Origin: Schmidtea polychroa
Lineage: Eukaryota
Direction of reading: 5' to 3'
DNA: 64,000 nt
NCBI GenBank assembly: GCA_044892525.1
Contig: CM097885.1
Span: 4,900,001 to 4,964,000, forward strand
Below the pieces are notes generated by a model that worked only from the letters and a program-made list of their open reading frames with translations, did not search any database and was not told the origin of the DNA. Positions 25,429 to 38,299 of this stretch are shown here, one piece after another. Position 1 is the first letter of the stretch. Each line of letters starts with the position of its first letter. Both the position numbers and the translations under genes were made by a program.

Positions 25429-25770
25429 TACTTTGAAAATAAATAATAAGAAATTTGAAAATAATTTTGAAAATGATATTTTATAAATAAAATAAGAATT
25501 TTGAAGATAATAATCATGAAAATATTGAAAATCGTGAAAATTATGAAAATGTTGAAAATGATGAAAATAAAGAAAACGTTGAAAATGATGAAAACCGTGA
25601 AAATATTGAAAATGATGAAAACGTTAAAATTATGAAAATGTTCCTGAAAATAATTATCAAATATTGAAAATCGTAAATTGATGCTGAAATTAAGTTTTAT
25701 GAATATTTAAGTAAATAATAATAAAACATTGACAATAAAATAATAAGAACTTCGCAAATAATAATAATAG

Positions 25771-25848
<78 letters not shown>

Positions 25849-26169
25849 TAATAATAATATTTTGAAAATAATAATATGACCTTGAAAATAATAATATTTT
25901 GAAAAATAATAATATGACCTTGAAAATAATAATATTTTGAAAAATAATAATATGACCTTGAAAATAATAAAATAATAATTATAAAGTTATAATAATAATA
26001 TTAATACCCTTGCGACATGTTGAATGTGTCCAGTACCCTTACGACAAATACACATAGGTGGACAGAATATTTTGTCGGATAAACTCTGACTATATAATAA
26101 TAATAATATTGATTAAAACTTTGAAAATAATAATTTTGAAAATAACATCTTCCGCGCGGGCGGTAATAT

Positions 26170-26570
26170 CTTTCCAAATATTAATGATAAATTAAATTAT
26201 TGCGTAATCGATATTTAAAACAAAAAAAATATTTAATCAACGATTTAAATAAAATTAAATTATTACGTAATCGATAATTAAAACAAAAATTAAAATATTA
26301 TTATATATTTAACGAATTAAATAAAATTTAATTAATACGTAATCGATAATTAAAGAAAAAATAAAAATAATATATAATCAACGATTTAAACAAAATTAAA
26401 TTATTACGTATTCGATAATTAAAACAAAAAAAATAAAAATATTATTATATAATCAACGATTTAAACAAAATTAAATTATTACGTATTCGATAATTAAAAC
26501 AAAAAAAAATAAAAATATTATTATATAATTAACAATTTAAATAAAATTAAATTATTACGTAAACAAAAAA
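26170..26570 (+). repeat. ~6 tandem ~60-68-bp units containing ATTACGTAAT and ATCGAT palindromes
   Basis: Repeated AAATTAAATTATTACGTA(A/T)TCGATAATTAAAACAAAAA...AATCAACGATTTAAA. Confidence 0.85.
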
Positions 26571-27129
26571 TAAACCGCTGGAACAAAAATAGATGTCTTT
26601 TTTACTAAAAATAGAACGACCTTGGCGAGTCATCGGATCAATGATCGGATCAAAAATGTTACTAAAAATATATTAAAGGTGTTACTAAAAATAGATGTCT
26701 TTATTACTAAAAATAGAACGACCTTGGTGACTCAGCGACTGAGTCATTGTCTTTGTTTAAATTACCTTGATAATTAAAACTTGATGATAATAATAATATT
26801 AATAATAAATTTTGAAAATATCTTCGAAAATAATAATAATAATAATAAATAATATTGAAATTAATAATAATAAATAATAATAATACATTTGATAGTAATA
26901 AATAATAAATCCCATGGGCGCGTCATTGTCTTTGTTCTGAAAATGATGAGTTTGTTCAAGAAATAAATGAGTCATCGATGAGTACTTTTTTATTACCGTT
27001 TATTTGATATGTATATTATAAGGTTTGAAAAATTTAAACCTTGGATCCTTGGACTCTTTGACCTTCAAACTTGGACCATCATACTCATCTTTGAATTACC
27101 TTTTGTTTGATATGTATATTATAAGTTTT

Positions 27130-27495
27130 CTAATTAGAAGATTTTACCAAGAGATTTATACAATTCCTGAATTCAATTAACGGTAATTTATAATTTGAAG
27201 TGTATTTATTTATTACCTGCAAATAAATTATTTTTATAGGGACCTCATTACAATTAACAATGTCAGCTAAAAAACAAACGAATAGAAAAGCTATTTCTTT
27301 GGAAGTTAAAATCAAAATTTTGGATAGACTAGCCACTGTAGAAGGTGCCACTTCTGTAGGAAAATATTTTAATTTAAAATAATCTACCATAAGAACAATA
27401 AAAAAAATCCTCTACTTTTATATGGACACCATATCTTTTTTTACGCGTATTTTCGGGGAACGTATCTATCGCGTAAAAACAGAAATAGGTATATA
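27130..27495 (+). mobile_element. Short Tigger/pogo deletion derivative nested in the Polinton-like end
   Basis: MSAKKQTNRKAISLEVKIKILDRLATVEGATSVGKYFNLK*STIRTIKK from 27260 (Tigger-type HTH); TIR-like end CGCGTAAAAACAGAAATAGGTA-TA. Confidence 0.65.
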
Positions 27496-28403
27496 TATAT
27501 ATATTATAATGTTTGAAAAAAAAATTCGAAGGTTATTGACCAACCATACACCTTCGAGGGTATTACCATCATACTTACCTCTCAAATACCTTTGGATTGA
27601 TATACATATTATAAGGTTTGAAAAATATTCGAAGGTTTTGTACCCTTTGAAGGCCGAGGACCTACCATACACCTTCAAGGGTATGACCATCATATTAACC
27701 TCTCAAATACCTTTCGAATGATACCCTTGGGGGAAGGTTTGACCTTATTTGACCTTTGGAAAGTTAAATATGACCTTGGCCTTAAAAATATGACCTTGAC
27801 CTTAAAATATGACATTGGCCTTGAATGAGTCATCGGATGAGTCACATGACCTTGAATGGGTCATCGTCTTTGTTTCAATGACCTTAATGAGTCATATGTC
27901 TTTGTTTAAAATTTGACCTTGAAAAAAAATTCTTTAATGGCGGGGGGTAGGGGGTATGTCTTTGTCCCAGAGGGCCGCTGGTTTAGTGGGCCGCTGGTTT
28001 AGTGGGCCGCTATCCCTCTACTTGAGTAGTATAATTAATAACAAAAAGTGTAAAAGAAACCACATCATAAAGATTAGAAAGTGGAGAACAAGTTTATGGA
28101 AACAATTGGAGAAAGGTGTCTGTTGCTACTACCTAAATTTAACAATTTTATAACATAATTATCATCTTTTAACAATTAATAATAATAGTTTACAGAGTAC
28201 TCTAAGACGCCAACCCAAGATAGACATCGATCATACCTTTCTAAGCTAGAATATTATAATAATAAACTTATACCGACCCCAGTAACGTCGCGTCTTGAAT
28301 TATGTGAGACCTGATCATACAGCTACCTTATAACTGTCAAAGAAGTAAATGAGAGATATGAATGATTGACACAACTCTATAATGGTATCAATGATTACGT
28401 TAC

Positions 28404-28918
28404 CTTACGATTTCAAATACATTTCTGGACAACGGGTCAAGCTTAAAAGAAGCAGTGCATGTACTCGGATCCGGCAATTCGTTTCGAAAATACAACATCT
28501 CATCTGCAGCATCGATACTGATTACAGTGGGTGGTCTTAGAGTAATTCTTTGTAGCCTTACCATGTTCGGATCGGACCCTACATTGATTATTTGAATGAG
28601 GTCGCCGAAACGAACAAATCCATCAGCAATGGTACTCGGAGATGCCTGTGAATTACATTTATGAACTGTTTTGTAAATGACTTTCAATTTTTACCGACTG
28701 AGACATTTTCTTCAATAAAGAGCCCATCTTTTGAATCATCAACTGGCCGCTGTCTCGCTTGGCCAGAAAGTCTTTGATTATTTCCTAAACCGAAACTTTT
28801 ATTTGCTAATATCTTCCTTCTGAATTCATACCTCTTCCAGGATTCGATTGTCAAACCAGCTGTCTATGAGCACCTTGGAGTTGTACTGATTTTTGATCTG
28901 AGGAATTTCACACGACAT
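28404..28918 (-). CDS. CFAP161: CFAP161 exons 1-3 (28832-28918, 28695-28784, 28404-28645); whole gene 13627-28918, 906-nt CDS, 301 aa
   Basis: MSCEIPQIKNQYNSKVLIDSWFDNRILEE/EIIKDFLAKRDSGQLMIQK.../ASPSTIADGFVRFGDLIQIIN...PLSRNVFEIVS matches the CFAP161 N-terminus pattern (Y...V.IGNW.ED..LEEE..KDFL.KRD.G.L.IQ; DG.I.YGD; RN.F.I.S); all six exons splice in phase. Confidence 0.92.
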
Positions 28919-29399
28919 TTTATTTTATATATGATATTATTATGAGATTTTAATATTTTAATATTATTATATTCGATATAATATTTATAGAAATATTGGC
29001 AAAGATATTGATGACTTCAAATTAATTTACGCTTCTCCCCATTGCCACATCAACTCACTGTTCCTTAATGAATTAAAGGAATAGGATTTTTGATAATTAA
29101 ATGAGGGTTTTCTTTATAAACATTTCTTTTCAGGCTATATATTAATATTTTTACATTTTCTTCAAGGACTTCAGTGCACTTTCAAGGTCATCGCAATATC
29201 ACAAAATATGTCAAGATCAAATATCTAAATTAATCGGACAAATGAATTATTAAGTGATAAAACACATTTTAATTAACTAAGTCAAATTATTCACAATATA
29301 TATTTTATTATTCACATAAATTACACATTTAATTGTTAAAGTGGTCATTATTGTTTCGATTTGCATTCATTTCTAGACATAGCAGTTGCTATATGCATT

Positions 29400-30110
29400 T
29401 TTCGAATCTTATAGTGACCGTAGGCATAAGTTTCATTACAATTGAACCAATACCTTTATTATCCAAACATTGGAGAGGTCGTTTTTCTGCCATGAAAGTA
29501 TACAACTGATGATTGGCTATTTCCGTTCTCCTTTGTGGAGGCTCACTGTCCCACCATCAGTATACAGTTTTTTGTAAGCTTCTTGTGTAAAATTAGAATT
29601 TTTAAAACTTATTCTTTTGGGTTTTAGAGTATCTGTATCACCTTGAAGTGGGTATCACATAGTTTGAAGGAACACCTATTCTTTATATTGATTTCCTTTA
29701 TTCTCATCCTTGATTTCCCGATTACTGAACAAATTTTATCTGAGAACAACGTATCTGTTATTCGATAATTTGAAGTATCTACGATCCCATCGGCAATCAT
29801 TTCTGAATACAGTTATTAGCGTAAATCCACATTTTTACACTTTAAAAGGAAGTAGTCTGTGTCACTAGCTACGATATTAATTTGACAATTGAAACCTTCT
29901 CTATAACTTTGTAATTCTTTATATTGAAACTGGCACATACGAAGTTTGGATAAATCGAGTACGGTTTGTCCAATATACATAGGTCTATCGAAACACACCA
30001 TTTTCTTACTGCATACTTTGCGTTAATATTATAATAATATCCTTTGCCAATGTTTTCCAATCATCTGTTTATCAGATAATTTAACAAATTCTCAGGAAAG
30101 TGATAGGTCC
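29400..30110 (-). mobile_element. Polinton/Maverick-type protein-primed DNA polymerase B C-terminal relic
   Basis: FDRPMYIGQTVLDLSKLRMCQFQY...IVASDTDYF (YxDTDS-like), then DTSNY, KIKDE, LDNK and YAYGHYKI across frameshifts. Confidence 0.8.
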
Positions 30111-32421
30111 TTTCATTTTTCACGAACGTAGAGCAGAGAAAACATTTAGGAGATTTTAAGGAATTAGTATTCAAAGAACCTCAATATCAATTGTGCCTTA
30201 AGCTGCTTTGAAAATTGACAATATCTCTGAAGTTGTTTGTATTACGAAATTTATACCTAAATTTCAGCAATATTATACCATTTCCCTTTCAGACGGCAGA
30301 TGAGACAATATTACTTTATAATATTACCAGTTATTAATCTGACTCGAAGTCGGTCTTGTTGAATAAGAATAACGAGTTTCAGATATTATAAACTTTATTG
30401 ATTAACACAATTGATAACCGATTTACAGTGACACAAAGAATTATAATTATTATAACCCTTCGAGAGGAATAAGACCTATACAACACAACTTGGAGTTCAC
30501 AACCACTTGACTACTGTTTCTGATTTCAATGATCTGTAGATTTGATTTAGTTGCTTTTATAACTTTGACTTGAATTTATTCAATAACTTTAGTTATTTTT
30601 AATTCTGTTTCTTTCTTCCTTTACAATTTCCTCTAGAAATTTTGTTCTCTAACAAATTATGTTTTCATTCAAGTTGAATTTCCTTTCATAATTTATAATC
30701 TAATGTCACTTAATGATATTGACTTTCGTTTAGTTTTTTCCTTTTTGTACATTCCTTTTCTTCATTTTCAATTACGTTTGTTGGGGTAATATATAGACAC
30801 AAAATAAAATGGAAGTACAATAAAAATCAATAGAAACACCAAAATATAAAAGTTCAAAAATTAATTAAGAATTTATAAAAATTGAAAACCAATATTTTTT
30901 GGGGGGATATGGGTAAAGTTGAACGCCAAATCAGAATATGAACCCAGAAAAATTAATCCCTAATGAAAAGTCCGAGTCGGTTGGAAACCCGAGCGATGAA
31001 GAAAGTCTCGAGCGCTCTGAGACTCGATCGATTAGATAATTATTGAAGCAAACTTACCCTGGCGCCAGTTGGAAGTGAACAGATTAGATTGCTATGATTC
31101 CAATAATCCTTCAAAAATTTCAAAAATGATGTCTACCCACCCAAATGATTTCTAACAAACCTTTTCCAATATTTGGTAAATGCATATTATCCACAAAGGA
31201 TTTCAAAAAGTGATTACATAATAATTACTTTCTCAAAAAAGTATAAATAGAAAAGCTAAAAAGAGACGAGTGCCAGTTGGTTGAAGCAAACAATACGAGA
31301 TTAGAGAATGTTTACAGAACTCAAAAGAGAAAATTCAAGTAAAGCTAAAGAGAATTATAAATTATCGTACCAAAAAAGGTTATTACTCCTTGTACGAATT
31401 ACCTTGCTATATGGAAATATCTTTAGAGAAAGGTGCAAATAAAGTGACTAACTATAATTGTAGTAAAATTTGAATAAAGTTGTTTTGTGTTTTGTATTTA
31501 GTCAGAGATAACCAACTTTAATGAATCATAACCCAACCCTTTATTAGCTCGGACAAATGTCGAGTTATGTAATATTTAGAAAACGCTATATCCTGGCTTA
31601 CCCAGTGATCCCTTTTATTTCGAACAGATTATCGAAATGTTTGTTTTTGTTTTTCTTTCTTCACTTTGTACTTTGAAATTAAAAATGACCTTGTCGTATT
31701 TGATTGGTTGATTTTTTCAATTTTTTGTCATATGTATTTTGTTGTCTCATTTCTTCTTTCTCATTTCTACTTTCTAGGATTGTGGAGCAAGACACATTTT
31801 ATTTTATACATTTTCCCCCAGTCGCTTTATTCACTTTGACAATAAATATTTAATTTTTTTATTATTTAGGTATGTTCAACATATCAAATACTTTTATTTA
31901 TTTACTAAATGCCTCGTGCTAAATTCCTTTGTACTTTTTACATTCCTAATCCTTGGAATAACTTTCCAGTCCGTGAATGCAAAAGGTTGGAAACCGCTTG
32001 TGTAGGCACTGTGAAAAGGTAGCATATGACCAAAGAAATCAAAGATTTATTTCAAATAATTATGTTATGTCACTAGGCAATCCGAATCTTTTTCAAGTTT
32101 TCGTTAAAGAGTGGAGGAGCAAGGATTTATTATCCAGCTCTATTTTGCATCAGAAAGATCTCCAACACTATCATCATTGAAGTCCAATAAATAATTAATC
32201 AACAAGAATTCTTGATGACTCCAACCTACCTTTGACCTTTCATTCCATAACGCAATTCCAATGTGATAAAGACATGAGAAGAATTTCAGCACAAGTCACA
32301 AGGAGTCATTGAATATAGCATACCAATCTTCATAAACATTGAAATGTTTTCATAAAAATGAACCTTGATATAACTATTATTTATATAAACCAAGAAACCT
32401 TTTTAATATTTCATTCAAATC

Positions 32422-33613
<1,192 letters not shown>

Positions 33614-35578
33614 TAGATGTTTGAGCTTGGGACACAAACCCATTTACTGACTGTTTAAAATGTGATTTTGGATAAATAAATAATTTTTTTATTTATATTA
33701 TATTATTATATTATTATTAATTTTGTTATATTATAATTAATTAGTATAAATTGCTGTGATAAAATAAAATAAATAAAAATAATTATAGCAATTTAGTATA
33801 ATTAATATCAAAAATATTTTAATTAAGATTATAGGATTTTCAGTTTAATAGTAGAGATATTTAATTATTTAAATCATTAAATATTTTAAGAACTTTTTTC
33901 AATTTTCACTACTGATTTCTTTTCAATTGACATTGTATTTATTAAAAAACTTCACTATGAATCAGTAAATATATTGATGTTTTTTATATTCACGAATTTA
34001 CGGCACTGCTTTTAATGAGCTTAAGTGATTTAATTATTTAATTTAAAAATAAAATTTTAAAATTAATTAAATATTATTTAAAAAACATATAGATTAAAAA
34101 TGTATTAAAAAATGTATTTATTCATTAAAATCTAAATATTAATTAGTATATTTGAAATGTAATTAAAACATTCTTCAGAAGTAATAATGGAATTGAAACT
34201 TATTTCTCATCATTTGGGTAGGTGGCTTGAACAACCATTTACTTTTGTACCAATATATTCTCAATAAGATTTAAAATGGACTATAAGCTGGTAGAAATAT
34301 ATGTAAAAATTGCATTATTCAATATAATATAGGTGTAGGACAGTTGTTACCACACTTTTTACACCGAGGGCGAAATTTAAATTTTCAAGTATCGTTGCAT
34401 GTTGAAAAGTGGAAACGCTTTTTTATCTTTCAAATTTCAAACTACAAGAGTACAACCTACTAAAATTACATAAACTAGACCATTATAATGCAAATAGAAA
34501 ATTTAGAGTTTATACAAATTAGTTTGTGAATTTTTAAAATGCAACATTGTAATTGTAAATGTAAAATCTAATCTAAAACGATTGAAGTTGAAGAATATAA
34601 TTTTAAAATTAAAATGCAAGAATTCCAGCTATTCATTACAAATTATTATCTGAATTAACTTTACATATATTATTTAATCAATGTAATGTTTAGAACTGTT
34701 TATTAAAGTTTTCTCAGTTTTAATTAATGCTGTTTAAGTAACTGCAGAATGGAAGCCAGTTTATCAATGGCTGGATGCAGGTTTGTTGTGGCAAGTATCA
34801 TTTAATAGAAATATGAATAATATATTAAAATTTCAATTCCTTTCAAAAACATCAAAAATATTAATAACAAAACATACTATAAAAAAAATTGAATGAATTA
34901 AATTCATTTAAATTTGATTCATTTCAGGAAAATAATTAAAAATTATGGTACCTATTAACTATTGAGTACCTCACCTCGTATGTTACCTATTGTGTTAGTG
35001 TCCTAATTTATTATACATTTAATATTGAACACTTAAATTTTAATGTAACATAAAATAATAATAATATAAATATTTTGTGCGAAAGTAGTAAGTTTAACTT
35101 GCTAGATGTGAATAAATGTTATCAGAGAGAAAATTACGGGGTTCGGGAAATGTAAAACTAAGTAATTTCCCGGGACATCCCTGTAGTAACACACTAGTTC
35201 CAAAATATTATTTGTATTAATAATACATAATTTCTTTATAATGTCTTTATGACAGAAAATATTAATAAAGTGACTAGGCATTTTACAAAACATTTATTTA
35301 ATTACAATGTTTATACATTAACCAAGCAAGACAATGTTGAACACAAGTGATAGATAATGGATGTTGAAACCGAATTTTAATGTAATCAATATAGAAACCA
35401 ATTGTTGATAATCGGAACTATCTGAATTAATATTGTAGTTAATAAATATTTTATACTATATAATTCAAACAAAAAAAATCCCTTTGCTGATTTCATTATT
35501 ATTAATATTTTCTGCGAAATTAATAACATTGCCGCACACTTATTTTTACAAGATCGGGCTCAGAAACACACTTTTTAA

Positions 35579-35666
<88 letters not shown>

Positions 35667-36399
35667 TTAAACATTGTATTGTCTGGAGGTTCGACAATCA
35701 GTCCTGGTATTGCTGGTATTGCTGATTGTATGTAGAAAGATATATCAGTCTTGGTCCCATTAACATCAAAGACGATTAAGCAATAATAACTTTAAATATT
35801 TAATTACCGTTAAATATTTCCCCGGAATTAATAAATATTTTTCATTTATTTTTCCTTAAAAATCGTGTAGAATAGCGTAATATTTAATAATAAAAATATA
35901 AAGACGCAAATAATTATTTATTAACATTATGGGCGTAATTAATTGTTTGATATTATTTTCCATGGGAGCAGTTATTATTTGTCTCCTGTTTTCAATAGAA
36001 AATCTAATAGATTACGTAATTTTCAAAAAAAAGAACTCCAAGAACCCCCGAAATATAGCTTCCGTCGTCGAATCTGTTGGCGATAGCCACTAAACTACTG
36101 AAAAAATAAATATGAGATACACTGATGCGTCTCGGTTTCGTGGACTACAGATAGAAAGAACTCATTGTTAGACCTCATTGCTATGATCTGCTCAATTGAA
36201 TCTTTACAGTTTAATCAAAGGATGAATAGACTTTCCTCGCAATTTCTGAATGAAGTTTGTGAAACTAGATATCGTTCCCCTTGTTTCTGATGATGATTAT
36301 AGCAAATAAAACATTTACTGACAGTTGAATTTTTTGTGTTTATTTATATATTTTTATATTCATTTAATCATGATTATATGCAGTTTAATTTGTCTGTTG

Positions 36400-37340
36400 G
36401 AACTTAAGGAATGTGATGTCATTTACATATTCTAGGGTTGTTGATAGATTCTTCTTTATACACGTTTATGACTATTTTACTTTCAACAACCATATTTCGT
36501 AAAAAGGCCATCGTGGCTTGACTGTTTTATCGTGGAAAGTTTGTAGTTCTTTCCAATTATTCCTAACTATTGGTTTCCCTGTAGGTAATTTTATCAGTTT
36601 CCTGTAGAACTGTCTTGGAGTTTCCCTTATTAATTTTTTATATATTTGTTTTATTGGTTTATATGTCGTTTCCCTGTCGAGACTTGTTATAGTTTGAGTG
36701 AACTGCTGGGTGGACGAAATTATATTTTTATGAATTTTTACTTTATTCCTTTCGTAGTTCTCAATTCTTTTTGGAATTATCCCATTGTTCGGGACCATAC
36801 ACTCGTCTGTTAACATTACATTATGATTTCTTGTTCTTGTTGTTTCTGGCTCGAAAATGAAGTGTCCTTACTTTTGATATTGACTTTTAATGGGATTATA
36901 TGATCGCTTTAGTATTCTAATTCGAACGTTTTTAATGCAATTACTTCTGAAAATTTTGCGTCCTAATATATTGCTTTCCGCTTGACTATACTATCCGTTA
37001 AATCAATTACGCAGTTTTTTAACTTTTGTAGTATGTCCATCCCTAAGACACATAAGCATTTACATTCTGCTACTACCTTGAAAACATGTTCTACTACTTG
37101 ATCTGAGAAGTGAACTGTTAATTCAATATTGCCTTTTAACGGTATAAAATGTGATGATTACTTTATCCTTCGTACTCAAAATATTTCTCTTTTGATTTTC
37201 CGTAAACTGGTTTTCCAGAATCATAGAAGCTGCTGCCCCTGTATCACACAGTGCATTTATTATAATGGTATTAATCACTATTTTGAGCTTCAGCCTTGAT
37301 TCATTTAGCCCTTTTTGTATATCGTCGAATTCTAATCCAT
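36400..37340 (-). mobile_element. Degenerate LTR-retrotransposon gag/protease-like relic
   Basis: INALCDTGAAASMI retropepsin-like motif at ~37220-37270; remainder broken. Confidence 0.5.
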
Positions 37341-37826
37341 AGCATCCATAAGATTTTATTTTAATTTCTATTTTGACTATGATGATTTTGAATTCCTTCC
37401 TAATCTGTTCAAATAAATTCTAATTTCAAATAAAATTATTTAAATTATTATATTTTGATTTTCATATTTTATGAAAAGATTTATTTTTATATTTTGATCT
37501 ATTTTTAAATTTGTATTTTCCGTTTAAAAATGATATTTAAATTTCCACCAAAATTTTACTTTTTCTTATCAAATTGTAATTTAAATAAATTTGTAAGATT
37601 TAATATAAATGAGAAAAACGCTGAAAATTAACATTAATAATATTTCGAATTGAGCTCAAAGCTAAATACAATATTTATAAAATGTTTGTTTATTTACATC
37701 AAAATGCAAATTATAAATATTGAAATTGTAAAAGTCAGAGGAAATAATCAATATAATAAGTATGATTTATAAATATGATTTGTAAAATATTGAAATATTT
37801 TGATAATTTTGTTAATTTTAGATAAA

Positions 37827-38299
37827 ATGTTTGCAAGCGTATGGGAAATGATGAAGAGAAATAAATTTAAATTTGATAATGAAATCAGCAATGAATTGAT
37901 ATGCAGAATTTGCAAATGTTTAATGATAAAGGCTTGCCAAGCTCCTTGCGGTTGTCGCTTTTGTTCTGATTGCATTGAGCATTATTTGGTTGGAAAGGAT
38001 AAATTCTGTCCAGGAGCAGAAAAACATTGCGGAAAGAAAATGATAAATTTCAATAAAGATGTTTATGAAGATCATGCGATCAATTTAAGGATCTCAGAAG
38101 TGATAGTGAAATGCCCAATGCCAAATTGTCAATTCAAAGATGAATTAGAGGTGATGGAGAGCCACGTGAGAACATGCAACAAGCAGCTAATCAGATGTCC
38201 ATTTAATAGTATTGGATACAAAATGAATGAGGTGGAGAAGGACGAAATGAAAGTCGATCTCAATGAGAACGCTGAATGTAATAGCAAATTATTGATTGT
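37827..38299 (+). pseudogene. TRAF-like gene copy, 3'-truncated (RING and TRAF Zn finger only)
   Basis: ELICRICKCLMIKACQAPCGCRFCSDCI...VKCPMPNCQF...HVRTC; near-identical to 60227 ff. including ~400 bp upstream; homology stops at ~38299. Confidence 0.8.

Larger units (their letters stand above)
18600..28022. mobile_element. Large foldback Polinton/Maverick-like element relic in CFAP161 intron 3
   Basis: Right terminus reverse complement AGTAGAGGGATAGCGGCCCACT...TACCCCCTACCCCCC resembles the 810-4357 termini. Inverted arms 18600-19520/24968-25970 and 19516-20168/21969-22621. Left terminus not found. Confidence 0.6.
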
